DNA from: Callorhinchus milii
Taxonomy: Eukaryota
Direction of reading: 5' to 3'
Length of the DNA: 64,000 bases
Assembly (NCBI RefSeq): GCF_018977255.1
Contig: NW_024704742.1
Location: 28,460,001 to 28,524,000 of the forward strand
A model generated the notes under the pieces. It was not told the origin of the DNA. It did not search any database and saw nothing but the letters and a program-made list of their open reading frames with translations. Shown here one piece after another: positions 24,937 through 37,827 of this stretch (positions are counted from its first letter, which is position 1; every line of letters begins with the position of its first letter). A program made the translations under genes and the position numbers.

Positions 24937-26450
24937 GTAACTATGACGTCGGAATTTTGAATGCACATAGTTAGGCAGCCAGTTCAGTGCTGGAGTGTGA
25001 GCCTAGATTGTGAGTTCAACGTCCTGATATGGGGCTTGAATCCAAAACATCTGAAGCAGAAGTGAGAGAACTATCAGAAAATACAAAAGTGGGAAAACTT
25101 GCCTAAATACCTTGAAAAAAGGCCACCTTCTATAAATCCTGTTGAGTGGTAAAATAATCATATGTTTGCCTTAACAGATTAGTTCTCACGGACCTTTGGT
25201 GATGGTATGAATTAATCCCAAAACACATCAGCTCATTCATTAGGAAAAAATATGCATTACTCTTTGCAGACAAAAAAAAGCTTTCCAAATGATAACAGAT
25301 ACTGCAGCTGTAATTTATCAGAAACAGAATTCAGACTCACCACCAAAAAATGTAACATTATAGCAAACCATCTATGTCCGGAGTCTGTCCCGTCCACTGC
25401 AGTGTGACCTAAAGACCTGTTTCCTCCATGTTATATGAATGGAGCCCTGTGCTGCTGATTGTAGGGTAGTTTTGTTTGAAAGAGTGAAACTTAAATTGTT
25501 GAAGCAATATCAAAGACAGCCATGAGTTGGACTTAATACCCTCTGTCAGGCTCAGGAAGCCTTTCAATGCAGGAGCCTCAATTAAATCAGCAGCGTTCAT
25601 CATTCAAAATATTAAGAATCGTTACATTTGGTATGGCGTCTTTCACATCAGAAGGATGTCTCAAAGCATTTCAGAGGATTCATTGTAATTCACTGTTTAC
25701 TGTGTGTTTGTGTAATAATCTGTTTATGACTTGTGACATCAGTCTAATGTGCGATATTTGCAAAATTGAAAGGTCTGAAAGTAGGCGAAATTCCAGAGGA
25801 AGAAAAAATCGGATGGGGTTGATATATACCTTTTTTGTTATCAGTTGTTAGAGCAGCTTGAATCTGTGCGGGGAAGAGAATGAATATTTTAGTAATCTAC
25901 AACAAAGACAACAGTTGTGGGAAAATAGTGGAACACTTCTAAAAACTGAGCCTCAGTAAATTCAGTTCAGTCTCAACATCAACTGAGCAGGCATGTTGTC
26001 AGTTGAGCAGTTTCTTTTAAATATTTGAAATATTTAAACAGTCCCAGATCAGAAACGTCTCCCGAATGTTAGTCATACGCCACACACATGTCATTGAGAG
26101 ATTTGAAGACTTGTCAAAATGAAAGACTTTGGACTATTTTTCTGTGATTTTCCACAAATGTTTGTCGACTTTCTGAGGCTGGACATGAGACATGAGATAC
26201 ACAAGATGCAGAATCTCGTCTAATATATTCAATGAAAGAAGCTCAACTACATAACAGAATGTTTGTGAGGTTAATTAAACTTTGCAGAGTTGCAACTATC
26301 ATATGATTATAGAATAGTAGGAGACTGAAGTTGATGTTTATTACCCTCACGCAGCTTAAATACTGCACTGCATATCGATCACATTCCACTTTGACTGGTT
26401 CTTCTTTAATTAATGTGTAAATGAGAATAAGATCTGACTGGAACATGCCA

Positions 26451-26990
26451 ATCCATCCCAGGGCTACCTTCCTGTATCAGGAAGGCACCTCGGTCATCAG
26501 GAGGTATAAGCTAAACAAACAGACAGTGCCGTAACACTGTAATGAGCTCAAAGGAGATCTTAAGTCAATCAGCTATGCTCTGCCTGGATATGTAAAGGTC
26601 ACTCCAGCAATTACCTTTATTGACACTGGCTCATTTCATTGAACCTCAGCGGGGGAATGAGGGCATCCAACATCATCCAAGTGTCCATGAATGTCACGTT
26701 GCATATCCTAACTACTTGTCTTGCTACAATGTCTGTTTACCCTTGAATGCCCAGCAGTAATAATGGAGTACATGCAGCTGCCCCCATTAATGGATTCTCT
26801 CAGATGTCCCAAGGCCAGTCCGCTGTGCATGTGTAACCCTCAGAGCACCTGCTCATGATGAGAGTACACATTTTTGAATTGGATACCACTGAATGCAAAA
26901 ATAACCAGTGCCAATTTGCTCATCTGTCTCCACTGAATCTCTGAGACTTCAAGGCATCCTGTCTCCTTTGCTTTCCCTAGCCCCATTGGT
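26451..26990 (+). pseudogene. PIF/Harbinger (HARBI1-like) transposase fossil
   Basis: Reading through stops from 26451: IHPRATFLYQEGTSVIRRYKLNKQTVP*HCNELKGDLKSISYALPGYVKVTPAITFIDTGSFH*TSAG, then across frameshifts INGFSQ and VRCACVTLRAPAHDESTHF*IGYH. This follows the Harbinger motif order RRYRL / ALPVAVKVTxALxFxAxGSFQ / AGFP / IDCTHVxLxAP / NRKGYHS. Confidence 0.8.
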
Positions 26991-27813
26991 CTGATGCTAA
27001 CATCAACAACCTTTATCCTTTGCACCCTATTTCAGGTCAGTCAACCTTTACTTAATGACAATGGTAGACTTCTTTCCTGAGGCGATTACATTGACTTTTC
27101 AATGATCTGCCAGTAATTGTTACAGTCTTCCTAAGGCACGCACATACAAATAGCTAATCCTGTTAGCTGATGACCTCAAGAGTAAGGACATTTAGCTCCT
27201 TGTTGGAAGATTCTTGCTTTTTGAAAAAAATCAGCAATAGCAGCAAAGATTTTACGGATTTCAGCCAATCTAGTGTACATCATGTGACTTTGGGTGGCAG
27301 AATTATACAGTAATTGTTATATTTCCATTCCTGACAATGATTTGCATCTTGGAATAGGTTTGGTCAATTTTATTTTTAGGAATTCTGAAAGAGTTTAAAT
27401 CTTTTGATGATGCACTGGAAGTATTGGACATAATTGTTTTGCTGGCCTTCCTATCTCCATCCTCCATGAGGTCCAATTTGTCTGAAATTCTGTAGCCCCG
27501 TATTCTCTATCATACTAAGCTCTACACATCATTACCTCCATTCTCATAAGCTCCAGTTGATCAACTGTACTCCAGTTGATCAACATCAAGATCTCATCAT
27601 GACCTTCATAAGGTTTGCTTCATGAAGGAATTTGAAGTTTATGATGAGATCTTGAGTTCTCTTACTCTATGATGACTCTCTTCCATTTCTTCCAGTTCTA
27701 CTCACCCCCCAAAATTCCCTCCTGATAAATTTGCTGCTTGTTCCTCACTCCTTCAGTGCCACCTTTGGTAGCCAAATCTCACCCACTATCTATTCTTTGA
27801 AGCTTTCTCAAAT

Positions 27814-28082
27814 GCAAGTTTCTTTACTCCACACATCTCTGTTTACCTAGCAGTAAGTAGGAACCCAATTATTAGTTGGTTAGCGGATCTCTTTCCGGGG
27901 GCAATAATTACTCCAAAAAAAAATGTGGTCACTCAATCTATGACTGTTTGTGGAACATTGCTGTGTGCAATTGACTGCCGCATTTCGCCAACAAAACAAA
28001 GAGTCACTACACTTTATAGTATATTCTATGAAGCGCTTTGAGAAGTCTTGATGACATGATAATATCAAACTCAAGGATTTAA
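27814..28082 (+). mobile_element. SINE family A (long form), 5'-truncated
   Basis: 'gcaagtttctttactccacacatctctgtttacctagcagtaagtaggaaccc...tatcaaactcaaggatt'. Confidence 0.85.
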
Positions 28083-28506
28083 TAATCTTGCACCTACTGA
28101 TCTCTATAAACTCTTCCAGTTCTACTCACCCCCAACAATTCCCTCCTGATAAATTTATTGCTTGTTTCTTATTCCTTCAGTACCATCATTGGTGGCCAAA
28201 TCTCACCCACTATCCATTTGCCCTTTGAAGATTTCTTAAAATTACTTCAAATTACTCTTCTCCCTTGAAAATACTTTTGGTGCACCTCCTCAGATTCCTT
28301 TCGTTTATTCCCTGCTCAAGGATCACCATCACCTATGTGGAGCAGTTTGAGGTATTCATTCAAAATGAATTCATCTATAAAATTGCCAATTGTTGTTGTG
28401 CCATTATTATGAGAGGCCATGTTTTACAGAGTTATCTAAGATGATAATATAGGATCACTTGATGCAATCTGGATGAGATAAAGAGATTGACTTTTCTAGA
28501 TATCAA

Positions 28507-28940
28507 TGATAATAATCCGTGCATTTGATATTTCACCTTCCACATCAGGAGAACATTTTAAAGTGCTTCATAGGATACACTGTAAAATGGAGTGACTCTA
28601 TTTTGTGGGGAAATTTGCATAGTAGCATCCCATCAACAGTCATGAAGTGAATGCACAATTTTATCAGGGGATTATTCACCAGGATACTGGGAGAAACTCC
28701 CTTCTCTTTTTGAAAAGTGGTATTTATTTTCTATTGTCCACCTGAACAGGCAGACAAGACATTGGTGTCACGTCTAATCCAATGGATGACACTTGCAACA
28801 ATGCAACACACCCCCAGTACTGCATTGGAGTGTTAGCCTAGAATAGAAGATGTGAGTTCGAAGTCCCAACTTTGATTCTGAACCCACAGCTTTCTGATTT
28901 CAGAGGTGAGAGTGCTGCCAACTGAGGCAATTTGGCACCT
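28507..28940 (-). mobile_element. Family B SINE, near full length
   Basis: Tail 'taataatccgtgcatttgata', core 'ccacctgaacaggcagac', head 'gagagtgctgccaactgag'. Confidence 0.85.
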
Positions 28941-29939
28941 AATATTTTCAGTAGCTTTACAGAAGACATATGCATCAAAACAATTATTTACTGTGAATAG
29001 AGGTTTCCAGATTCTAAAGTTCTATATTGTACCGGTGATACCTTTGGCATGGATGAGAATATGTGCATAGTGATCACAAAATGCACAGACATGGTAAAAT
29101 ATTTAGTTACAAAAAGGGCTTCTACAAAATGGATCAGATGCCTTGGTGACACATCAATTATAAGGTCAGTATTAAAAGTCTCAGAAGATAAGGCCAGTTA
29201 TGAGATTTTGTACTGTTGGGGAAGGAGACGAAAAGGGTCAAAGTTTGAATATTATATACAGATGTATAGAGTTGCGTGTCTTAAGATAGAGTCTGTACTG
29301 TCTGCACAATGACCACAGATGGAGCAATCTCCAATGATTGGCAGAGATAACAGATGTGGCACAGTTGGCAGAGCTGCCATAGATGTCAAAGTTGCATAAT
29401 TAATGCAGATGGACAAAATGACCGCCCCCCCACCCCCCAGTATAAATGAAATATTTCAAAACTACTAGCAGTTAAATCCACAGTCATGATCCCACCAGCA
29501 CATAGAGATCCACTTGTCTTGTCTTCCCTTCAGTAATAGCTTCTGACATCTTCTGTTTAACTGTGTTAGTCACCAGCTGGAACTAAACAGTGTTCATTAA
29601 AGTCTATTATTTCTTATTTGTCTCTTTCTGACATTTATCTCTTAATATTTATCTTGTGATTTTATTTTCGTTTGCTTGGCGTCTGTTTTTTTTCTATTTC
29701 ACCGTACATCTATTTCTCCCCCTCCTGTATCAGCCCCAAGTAAAATGAGAAAGATTTCCCTGATGTTGTAACTATGTAATTGAATTGGGTCATAATTGAA
29801 TATTATTATAATTCATATTAATAATAATATTCTTTTTGCCACTTTTGCTGATTCATCCATAGTCCCCAGTGTTTCACTGATACTTTTCACCATGGCTATT
29901 ACAAATAATGATTTCTGGTCTTGTGCTTCGCTGTTACAA

Positions 29940-30510
29940 TTTTTATTATACCCTGCAGGCTTTCCACATGCTAAATCAATCCGATTGCTTTAGGAGTTTC
30001 TGTAGCTCCGTGCTTTCTGCATATACTATCAGAGCACTCCTTGACAACTCCATGCAGGTTGTCAGAAGATTGTCAGTGCAATTTAAAGCCTTATAAATGC
30101 TATACAAAGGGCATCCAATTTGGGGGAGGCTTAGGTCAGATATACGCTTAATAGGAACAGTGGCCTTTGACTGTCTTGAGATATGCATGTGGTGTGGAGC
30201 ATATGATTTGCTTTAGCTGTACTGTGTAACAAGGAGCCTCTCTTTCTCCTTGGTGCTGATCTCATAGCTGCCACTGTTAATGTATTCTGTGCATAATTAC
30301 TGAGATATTTAGGTACTCGTATGACTAGCACAGCAAAGAGAAGTCTGTCTCTTTTCCTTTCAACGAATGATTAATGAAAACCCAATTCATTATTCACAGC
30401 AAAGCGTGTCTATCTGTGGCATTATTCACATGTGACAAGAACATCTATTTATGGATGTTGCACAAATACTATTGCATCTATAGTGGTTACATTGCACAGG
30501 CATGCCACTA
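29940..30510 (+). pseudogene. Possible highly decayed Harbinger transposase fragments
   Basis: Scattered motifs in expected order across frames: FY..AGFPHAKSI-DC, MQVV, MLYKGHPI (cf. LGDKGYPL), SVHNY (cf. LHN), H..TRTSI. Eyeballed and weak. Confidence 0.4.
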
Positions 30511-31267
30511 CTCTGGCACTAGGCAGTGACCAAGAATTGATTCGAACATCAGATGATGGTCTGGTGACCAGAAGCATTGGAATGGACTTGGGTTCCATCG
30601 CAGATCAGCAAGATAATCATTCATTAGAATGGTTCTCGAGTTCACAAACTTAGCCACGGAAGAAGGAATGGTGCTGAGTACAGATGACTTGTGTTTTCTC
30701 CCTAACCCTAAGAAAGTTTCACCCACAAAATATGCAGTCAAAATTCACTTTACAGTATATTCTGTGATGCTTTGAGACGTCTAGAAGATGTGATAGGGTC
30801 CTATACCAAATGCAAAGGGTATTATTATTATTAAAGGAGGGGGCAAAAACATCAGAGCACAAATAATATAATAAATAATAATATAATAAGAAGAATTATA
30901 TTATTATTAATGATATCAAGTCAAGCTATTCATGTAAACCTACCACAGGCAAAGTATTTATCAGTAAGTTAGTTTTAATGACTATGTTGCATTAGACGGT
31001 GCAGAATATCAGACAGTAGCCACCAGTAAAAAATTAATACCACTCTTCCTTTCATTTCCAGTGTAAAGCTACTTGCTTCAGATCTCATATTCAGCTTGTT
31101 GCATAGAATTACAGCATGGAAAAAAGTCATTCAGCCCAACTAATCCATGTCGGTGTTTATACTCCACATGAGCCCCCACCCTCCTAATCCCCTCTATCAT
31201 ATCTCTCCATTGTTAATCCCTTGAGGGCAATGAGCAGTAATACGTCCAAAATACCAAAGCTGAGATA

Positions 31268-31890
31268 GCATGTTGGCCAGCAAGCATATAGGATCATGTC
31301 ATACCAGGCATTTGTGAACTGAAGGTCGAAAAGGCTTTATAATGAAGGAGGCGAATATGAATTGTACCACAAGCAGAATCCTGCAACGTAATTTTGACAG
31401 GAAGGCACTAGGTGTCACGGGAGTCCTGTAGCTCAGTGGTTTGTGCACTCGCCTCGCAAGTAAGAGGACTTGGGTTCGTTTCCTGGGCAGGGCGAAACAT
31501 TGAGAAAGTTTCCTTACTCCACACGACTCTGTTTACCTAGCAGTAAGTAGGAACCCGATAGTTAGTCGATTGGTGGATCCCTTTCCAGGGGTAATAATTC
31601 CTTAAAAAAAAATTGATCACTCAATCCATGACTATTATGTTACGTGGTTGTATGCAATTGGCTGCCATGTTTTGCCCACAGAATATACAGTCAATTCACT
31701 TTATAGTATATTCTGTGAAGCGCTTTGAGACATTTTGAAGATGTGATAAGGCGCTATATCAAATGTACCGATTATTATTATTAGTGTTACTGGAAGGAGA
31801 GAGTGAGAGACTGGGGTTGTGAAGCTCCTCAGAGGTTAGCTGGCAATAGGTACTACACCAGGCAATAACCATGATAGAACAAAGTAAGGA
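31268..31890 (+). pseudogene. Harbinger transposase fossil (central part) interrupted by a SINE
   Basis: HVGQQA...AFVN, RKGF, C-HKQ-ILQ, CH before the SINE; TR..MIEQ after it (cf. FVNRKGFHS..CDH..IL..HD..TR..IE). Needs frameshifts. Confidence 0.5.
31420..31783 (+). mobile_element. SINE family A, long form, full length
   Basis: ggagtcctgtagctcagtgg head, all internal modules, (TTA)n tail. Confidence 0.92.
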
Positions 31891-31969
31891 CGTGGACTTT
31901 ATGGATAAACAGGAAATGAGGAGTCAAGGCTGACAAGAGAAAGGTGACGAGGGCTAGTATTCTATTTAT

Positions 31970-32195
31970 ACAGCAATGTCAGTGGAAATTAAAGTGGCCA
32001 ATGGCCTTAATTTCTATGTCACAGAAACCTTCCATGCACATTTCATTGCTGCATCCTTCTGCCATGCGGCATCAATGAAGTAACCAAAGCCCTCTCCAGA
32101 AAGGTGGTGCAGAACATTTTTTTGAACACAAGCTAGTCGTAGCTGTTTGGAGAATACTGGTTTAACTCAATTTTTAAAGTTGCATGATGTACAGG
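31970..32195 (+). pseudogene. Harbinger transposase fossil (N-terminal helical region)
   Basis: TAMSVEIKVANGLNFYVTETFH then INEVTKALSRKVVQNIFF (cf. TALPVAVKVTVALNFYASGSFQ...IREVTDAL..R...I.F); homologous to 26577-26639. Confidence 0.7.
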
Positions 32196-32454
32196 AAAGA
32201 AGCTTCCTTTGTAAGGACCATCATCACTCCTAAAGGTCTCTGATGTTGAAGATGCTGTTGGCTCCAGGTGGAGCCCATAGCGATTTGTCCAGGGCTAAGT
32301 CAAGGCACAGAACTGTTGTTGGCACGTGTACCAACTATTTGTACCTGTGCTACTCTGCGCATTGGACTAGTCAAAGGTCATTGATCAGACGCTGAAGACT
32401 TCTATGAGGTTCCTGAATTGCTCTGTTCTGATTGACTACAAATGTTCTCCAAAA

Positions 32455-32660
32455 ACAACAACTTGTGCCCTTCAAGTGGGGAAGAATCTTGGAGGACTTA
32501 ACAATGGCGTAGTTTGATGCCGAACTAGGGAGAAAAGGGAGGTCACTGTAAGCACAGTCGAAGAGGAAAGTCTTCAGCTGTGACATAAGAGCAAACATGG
32601 GAACAAGGCAGAGGGATTGAGACTGGGAGTTCCAGAAGGCTGGAGCCACCCGACTGCCAC
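32455..32660 (-). mobile_element. L2 3' tail fragment
   Basis: (CAA) tail; minus strand translates APAFWNS...QLKTFLFDCAY, the L2 ORF2 terminus. Confidence 0.7.
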
Positions 32661-35189
32661 TTGGAATCAAGACCATAACTCTTCAATAAAAGCAGGAGAG
32701 ATGTTTCACCTCTATTTACAGCCCATGTAATAGAAGTCTCCATTGCATGTGGCTGGTGCTCCATAAGATGATTTGAAGGTTGTACTACATATCTGAGTGT
32801 TGTATTCCACATTAATGAGAAACACCTTTCAATGACTTATGAATGCAAGCAAGTAACTTCTCTGTTTGGTTCTTGTACAATACCAGCCTCTGCTTAAAAG
32901 CAGTCCCACAACCCTATGCTGCTTACTTTAGGTTCTCAGTCTATTGGGCTTTGAACTAGATGGATTTTCTTCACCTTCCACCACAATTTCCTCTGTTTTA
33001 TCAATGCCCTTTATGCCCCCATGTGTTTCTCAACATCTACATCTCCTCCAGCAAGTGTTTCTGGGCTGGTACTTGCTTCAAGTGGAAGTAGTGAAGATTG
33101 GTCAGGGTGCTCCTGTAGTGCAGCTGGCACCCTACTGAATACCTCATGTTCTATGAAATGAGCAAATAAGGCATTATCAATTCTATTGGACACATACTAC
33201 ACTTATACAGCCATGGTCCAACTGCACTGTTGTCAGTACACTTGCTATAAAGCACCAGTGCACAATCACTGTTAACAAGATAGCTTGATACCTACTACAG
33301 GGATTAGTTCCTAGTATCTCCCACTCAGGTAGCAGTGGCTTTACTCTGTTCCAACATATCTATCACACATGCCTTCAACACATTCTGTCAAATAATTCAA
33401 GTAATTGCTTTAAGAGTAGGAGAGCTCTAAACACTTTGAGAAATTGGCATTCACAGCTTCATATCCTTTACAGCCACCCACAGTTTGAATGTGAGTTTAG
33501 CTTTGAAAAGATTGATTTGAAACCATACAGTGATTTGCTCTGTGGAAAATTGTTACTACAGGCATTGGCATAAAAGTTGTAATTTGCTAATTCTGCTACT
33601 TGCATTATTAATATTCAGTACAAAATTATTACTGAAATTTCTATGTCATTATATTCTTTACTTACCAATTTTCATTTGATTTCATCCCAATTTCCTCTGC
33701 TACTGAAAGTGACTTGCTTCTTCTCCCTTCAACCAGATTCTGGTTTATTTGGTGTCTTGACCAAATGGTCATTATTCAGGTCATTGTTCAGGAACATTGT
33801 TCAACACAGTTGTTGGTAAATCAGGCCTGTGGGTCGGATAGGAGAAATGCAGAGGTCGTAAGAGGAGGGGAAATACTTAAATAGAGGAAGAAAACTATTA
33901 CTACCCTAAATTGTTGAAGCATGAGTGCTTTAAACAGCTTAATGTTGTCTATTGCAAGGCAGAAAGCAGAGCGATGAGGCGTGGTATCCTTCAGTAGGTA
34001 GCTCTGAATGAGGGTAACATGGACTTGAAATTAAATTGTGTTCTAAGAATGTGGAACTCCACTGGGGGATTAGTGCATGCTCACACACCAATCCGCTTGC
34101 TGCATTTTCATTAACTACTTATGTAAATTAAATTTTTAATGTTCGCATTTATTTCCCAAAACCAAAATGCGCACAAACATCAATGATTCCACAGGAGAGC
34201 ACAGAATACCTACTGATGCATGGTCACACTTGAGAGAAAGGCCTAAGAATTTCTATCTATTTAATTTGGTTTAATTTATTATCATATTCATACTTGGTAG
34301 CTCTCTCTGTTGCCAGAAGTAAAAGCAAACTACAGATTATTAAAAATGAATTAAATATAACTGAATCTGACTCTCATGAACAATTATAATATGAACTTAT
34401 TAAAAATTAGTCATATAAAATGTATGAAGAATTATCATTTAATCATCTGTGCCAAGCCGTGCATTTGAGAGCCTGCTTGGATTGGATGAGAGGCTTTTTA
34501 AAGGGGCTGCAATAAATAAAAGGTTGTCGGCATTAATATTAATAGTATCATGTTGATAATGTTGTTCTGTCGATGCACATTCTTTTGTGGTAAAAGGAGC
34601 TCTGATATTTTAGTATTATACTTAGATACTGTAAGCATCACCAGCTCAGTACCTGTAGAAATTTAAATCATTGTGATATAAATAGTGCTGGAGAAAGTCT
34701 TTAAAAGGCACTTGCCAATGAGAAGATATGAACGTTTTACTCACTAAAAGGTTATTTGAACTTTATCCAGAGCAAATAAATCCCAATGGACCAAACACAC
34801 CTTTGATAGACTTAATGTAGTCTTCTTTTGCAAAATTCAAAAACTAAATTGATGCCAATGATGTGACTTATGCCTCAAAGATTTCCACTCAAAATTAGTA
34901 ATCCCTCGTGTGGAAGTCACATTGTGGAAGAGCTCTAGACTGTGCACATGGTGTGTGGGATCTGTCTTAGAGCCAAAGAAGTTCAGTTTTATCAGCTGGG
35001 TTTGTGTGGAAGCAGAATCCTCTTTTGAAATTAATTGATTTGTAAAATAGACTTGTGCCGTTTGGTTTGGAAGCGATCTTCCAAATTAATGAACAGCCAG
35101 TGCTGTGCTGGACAGTTCACAACTTGATGAAACTAATACGTGAAGGAATAAATATACATTAGCTAGCCACAGATCTTATAGGGTGTTTA

Positions 35190-35432
35190 GCAGGAACTTC
35201 TTCACACAGAGGGTAGAGAGAATGTGGAACTCACTGCTGCGAGCTGTGGTTGAAGCAAAAAGCAACAATGTATTTCAGAGAAAAGTTGCGTCTATGAGGG
35301 AGAAGGGAATAGAGGGGTACAGGAGAGGAGAACTAGAGTGATGGGGTTTGTGCAAAGTGTAAACAACAGCATGGAATAGTTAGTGTGCATGGACTGTTTC
35401 CATACCCTATGGTTCTATGTAACTCTATGTAA
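35190..35432 (+). mobile_element. CR1 LINE 3' end
   Basis: RNFFTQRVERMWNSL..AVVEAK, followed by 3'UTR ending 'ttctatgtaactctatgtaa'. Confidence 0.8.
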
Positions 35433-37827
35433 GTGGACAGTTAACCACCCTGTGCTATCTAAAAAGTGCACGTTTGAAAGGATATCGAAGCACTGCAACA
35501 GGCTTCTAAATATTAGATGTAAAAGAGTCAATAGGTTAGAGATGTCCGGATAGATCCAGTAGAAATACCTGTGAGGCACTGAGTTGCTTTGTTGTTAAAA
35601 GCCCTCTGCACTGTTTGCAAGACTAAATACCAGAAATGTGTTTATTTTCTATCAGCAGGCTAATGGTGCACATGAGATGTTTGGATTACCATTAGTGGAT
35701 CAAATGGTAAATCATAGGCATTTTGGTTCTTGTTTGAACACAAGTATCATGGGGAGAGGAAATGAATTATATTTGATTAAACATATATTTTGCCTGTCTC
35801 ATCTTGTTAAGTTGTGTATGTGAGGCAGTTGTGTGCCATTTGCATTGATGTGTCAGGTGCTGTTCATTTTCCCTCTGTTACATTTTCATAAGAGGCACTT
35901 TATACACCGTCTTGAGATGCTTTTCAATCTTGATGCATCTTTTCATTTACACTACATTAATTTCCATTACATGTGGATGCACTTTAACATCAACATACGC
36001 CTCTCTCCCCTGCTTATTCTGGTTATTCACATGTTGTCGGTCTTCATGGCAACTGCCACCCTGGCAAACAAATGACCAAGTTACATTTGATTAAGTTTAT
36101 TGATTCCTGCATGTTTATATTGTTATTTTTCCCCAGAACAATATTACTTTTCTGTCTCTGCATAATTTTTAATGAATTGCAATCTTGAGCTCATTACAGT
36201 AACACCAACAACTGACAATATGATGTATTCAAGAATCAATCTTTAAAATGAGCCGTAACCAAAAAAAAGTTTACATTTCGTAGCAAATAATCATTCCTGT
36301 CCACGTTTATCTTTAACACAATATGACCCATGTTTTGCTTCATTTCTAATGCGTATTGTTTCCATGTGTCTTTTTGAATTATAGTATTGTGTTCCATGCA
36401 TTGCCTGTTATATTTTTAGTTTTATTGATGGCATTACGTATTTTTTAAACCAATTTGATAAAGGACAACCACCTCAACTGAACTCAGTGAGCTCAAAGGC
36501 TGTTCACTTGAAGAATGAAGCTGCAGTTTGATCTATTCAACCAGTGTGTGTTCCCCAGTACTGTTGTGGCGAGTCCCTCATTATGTCACAAAAATTCCTT
36601 CAATATTCTAACAGTCTATTAAGGGAGTAACAAAAGAGAATTGGTAGCAGATAGATAGTAAACAACCATGCTTGTTTATAACCACGTAACCATTAAACAC
36701 CAACACTTTTGTCCACCTTACCTCACTTCCCAGTTTGGACTCCCAGTTGGCTCTATAAAGTGTCTTGAGGTGATCTCCTGAAGTGAATGGCAATGTACAA
36801 ATATTAAATTGTTATGCTGTTGTAAATAATAATAATCATCCTTGCATTTCATATAGCACCTTATCACGTCTTCAAGATGTCTTAAAACGCTTCACAGAAA
36901 ATACTGTAAAATGAACTAACTATATTTTGTGGGCAAAAACATCAATACCGGCTGCGGAAGAACTTCAAGAATCAGACCAACATTTGGGCTGGAGACCAGA
37001 AGACAGCTAGCAACCGTGGAACCTCATCCCAGCAAGAGGACTCCAGACCAGGGGCAGGGAGGCATGTGCCAGTAGGGAGAAAAAAATGACAAATAATTGA
37101 ACACAGACCATTTTGTGAAAGGAGTAAACAGATCAGGTCGTTGCAACAATTGCAGATTGTAGTCACTGACTTTAGAAGCTGTGCTTACCAGAGCCGAAGG
37201 TTTTTTTCAGGCCTCTACACCAACGCATAGAATATTGGCTGAATTCAATTGCCATTCTGTAAAGCACCTGAAAGTCTGCTCCCAAGTGAAAAACAGCAGC
37301 CTTGGTAATTGAGAATTAAAGCCTTTCTCATTCCCAACTTGGAATGAGAGTATTTTAAAACGCACTTTAAACATTTTCCTTATATGTACAAGGAACAAAA
37401 TGGGTTTGGGAATAAATACTGCAATTTTTTTACCCTGTGCACTTACTTCACTGTAACTGATGTGATGGGAATAGCTCAGGAGAGAAGAGGGTTCTGCAAA
37501 CCATGAAAATGAACAATATTTTAATAAGGATAATAAATATATTTATGAGATTATTTTTTAGCAATAAATTGGGTCAGCACTTTGAATGGAAAGTATTCTC
37601 CCAGGACTTTTCTTCTCCTTTAATGTGATTTAAAGAGCGCTTATTACAAGCGGCATGTGTTAATGGCACGTGTCAAACACATTGACCGAAGTGAAATGTT
37701 TCATAAAGAAAATAATGTTGAAAACTCTTTAAATATGGATTAATATCTCAAAAGCATATTTTGTCAATGTCGCTAGATTTGGAAGCTTCACTTACTTATT
37801 TTAAATGCAAAGAAATACAAGAAATAC

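Noticed and set aside
32940..33200. Myb/SANT partner of the Harbinger cluster on the minus strand
   Set aside because: Only a vague GIKGID-like motif; no Trp-containing SANT helices could be read.
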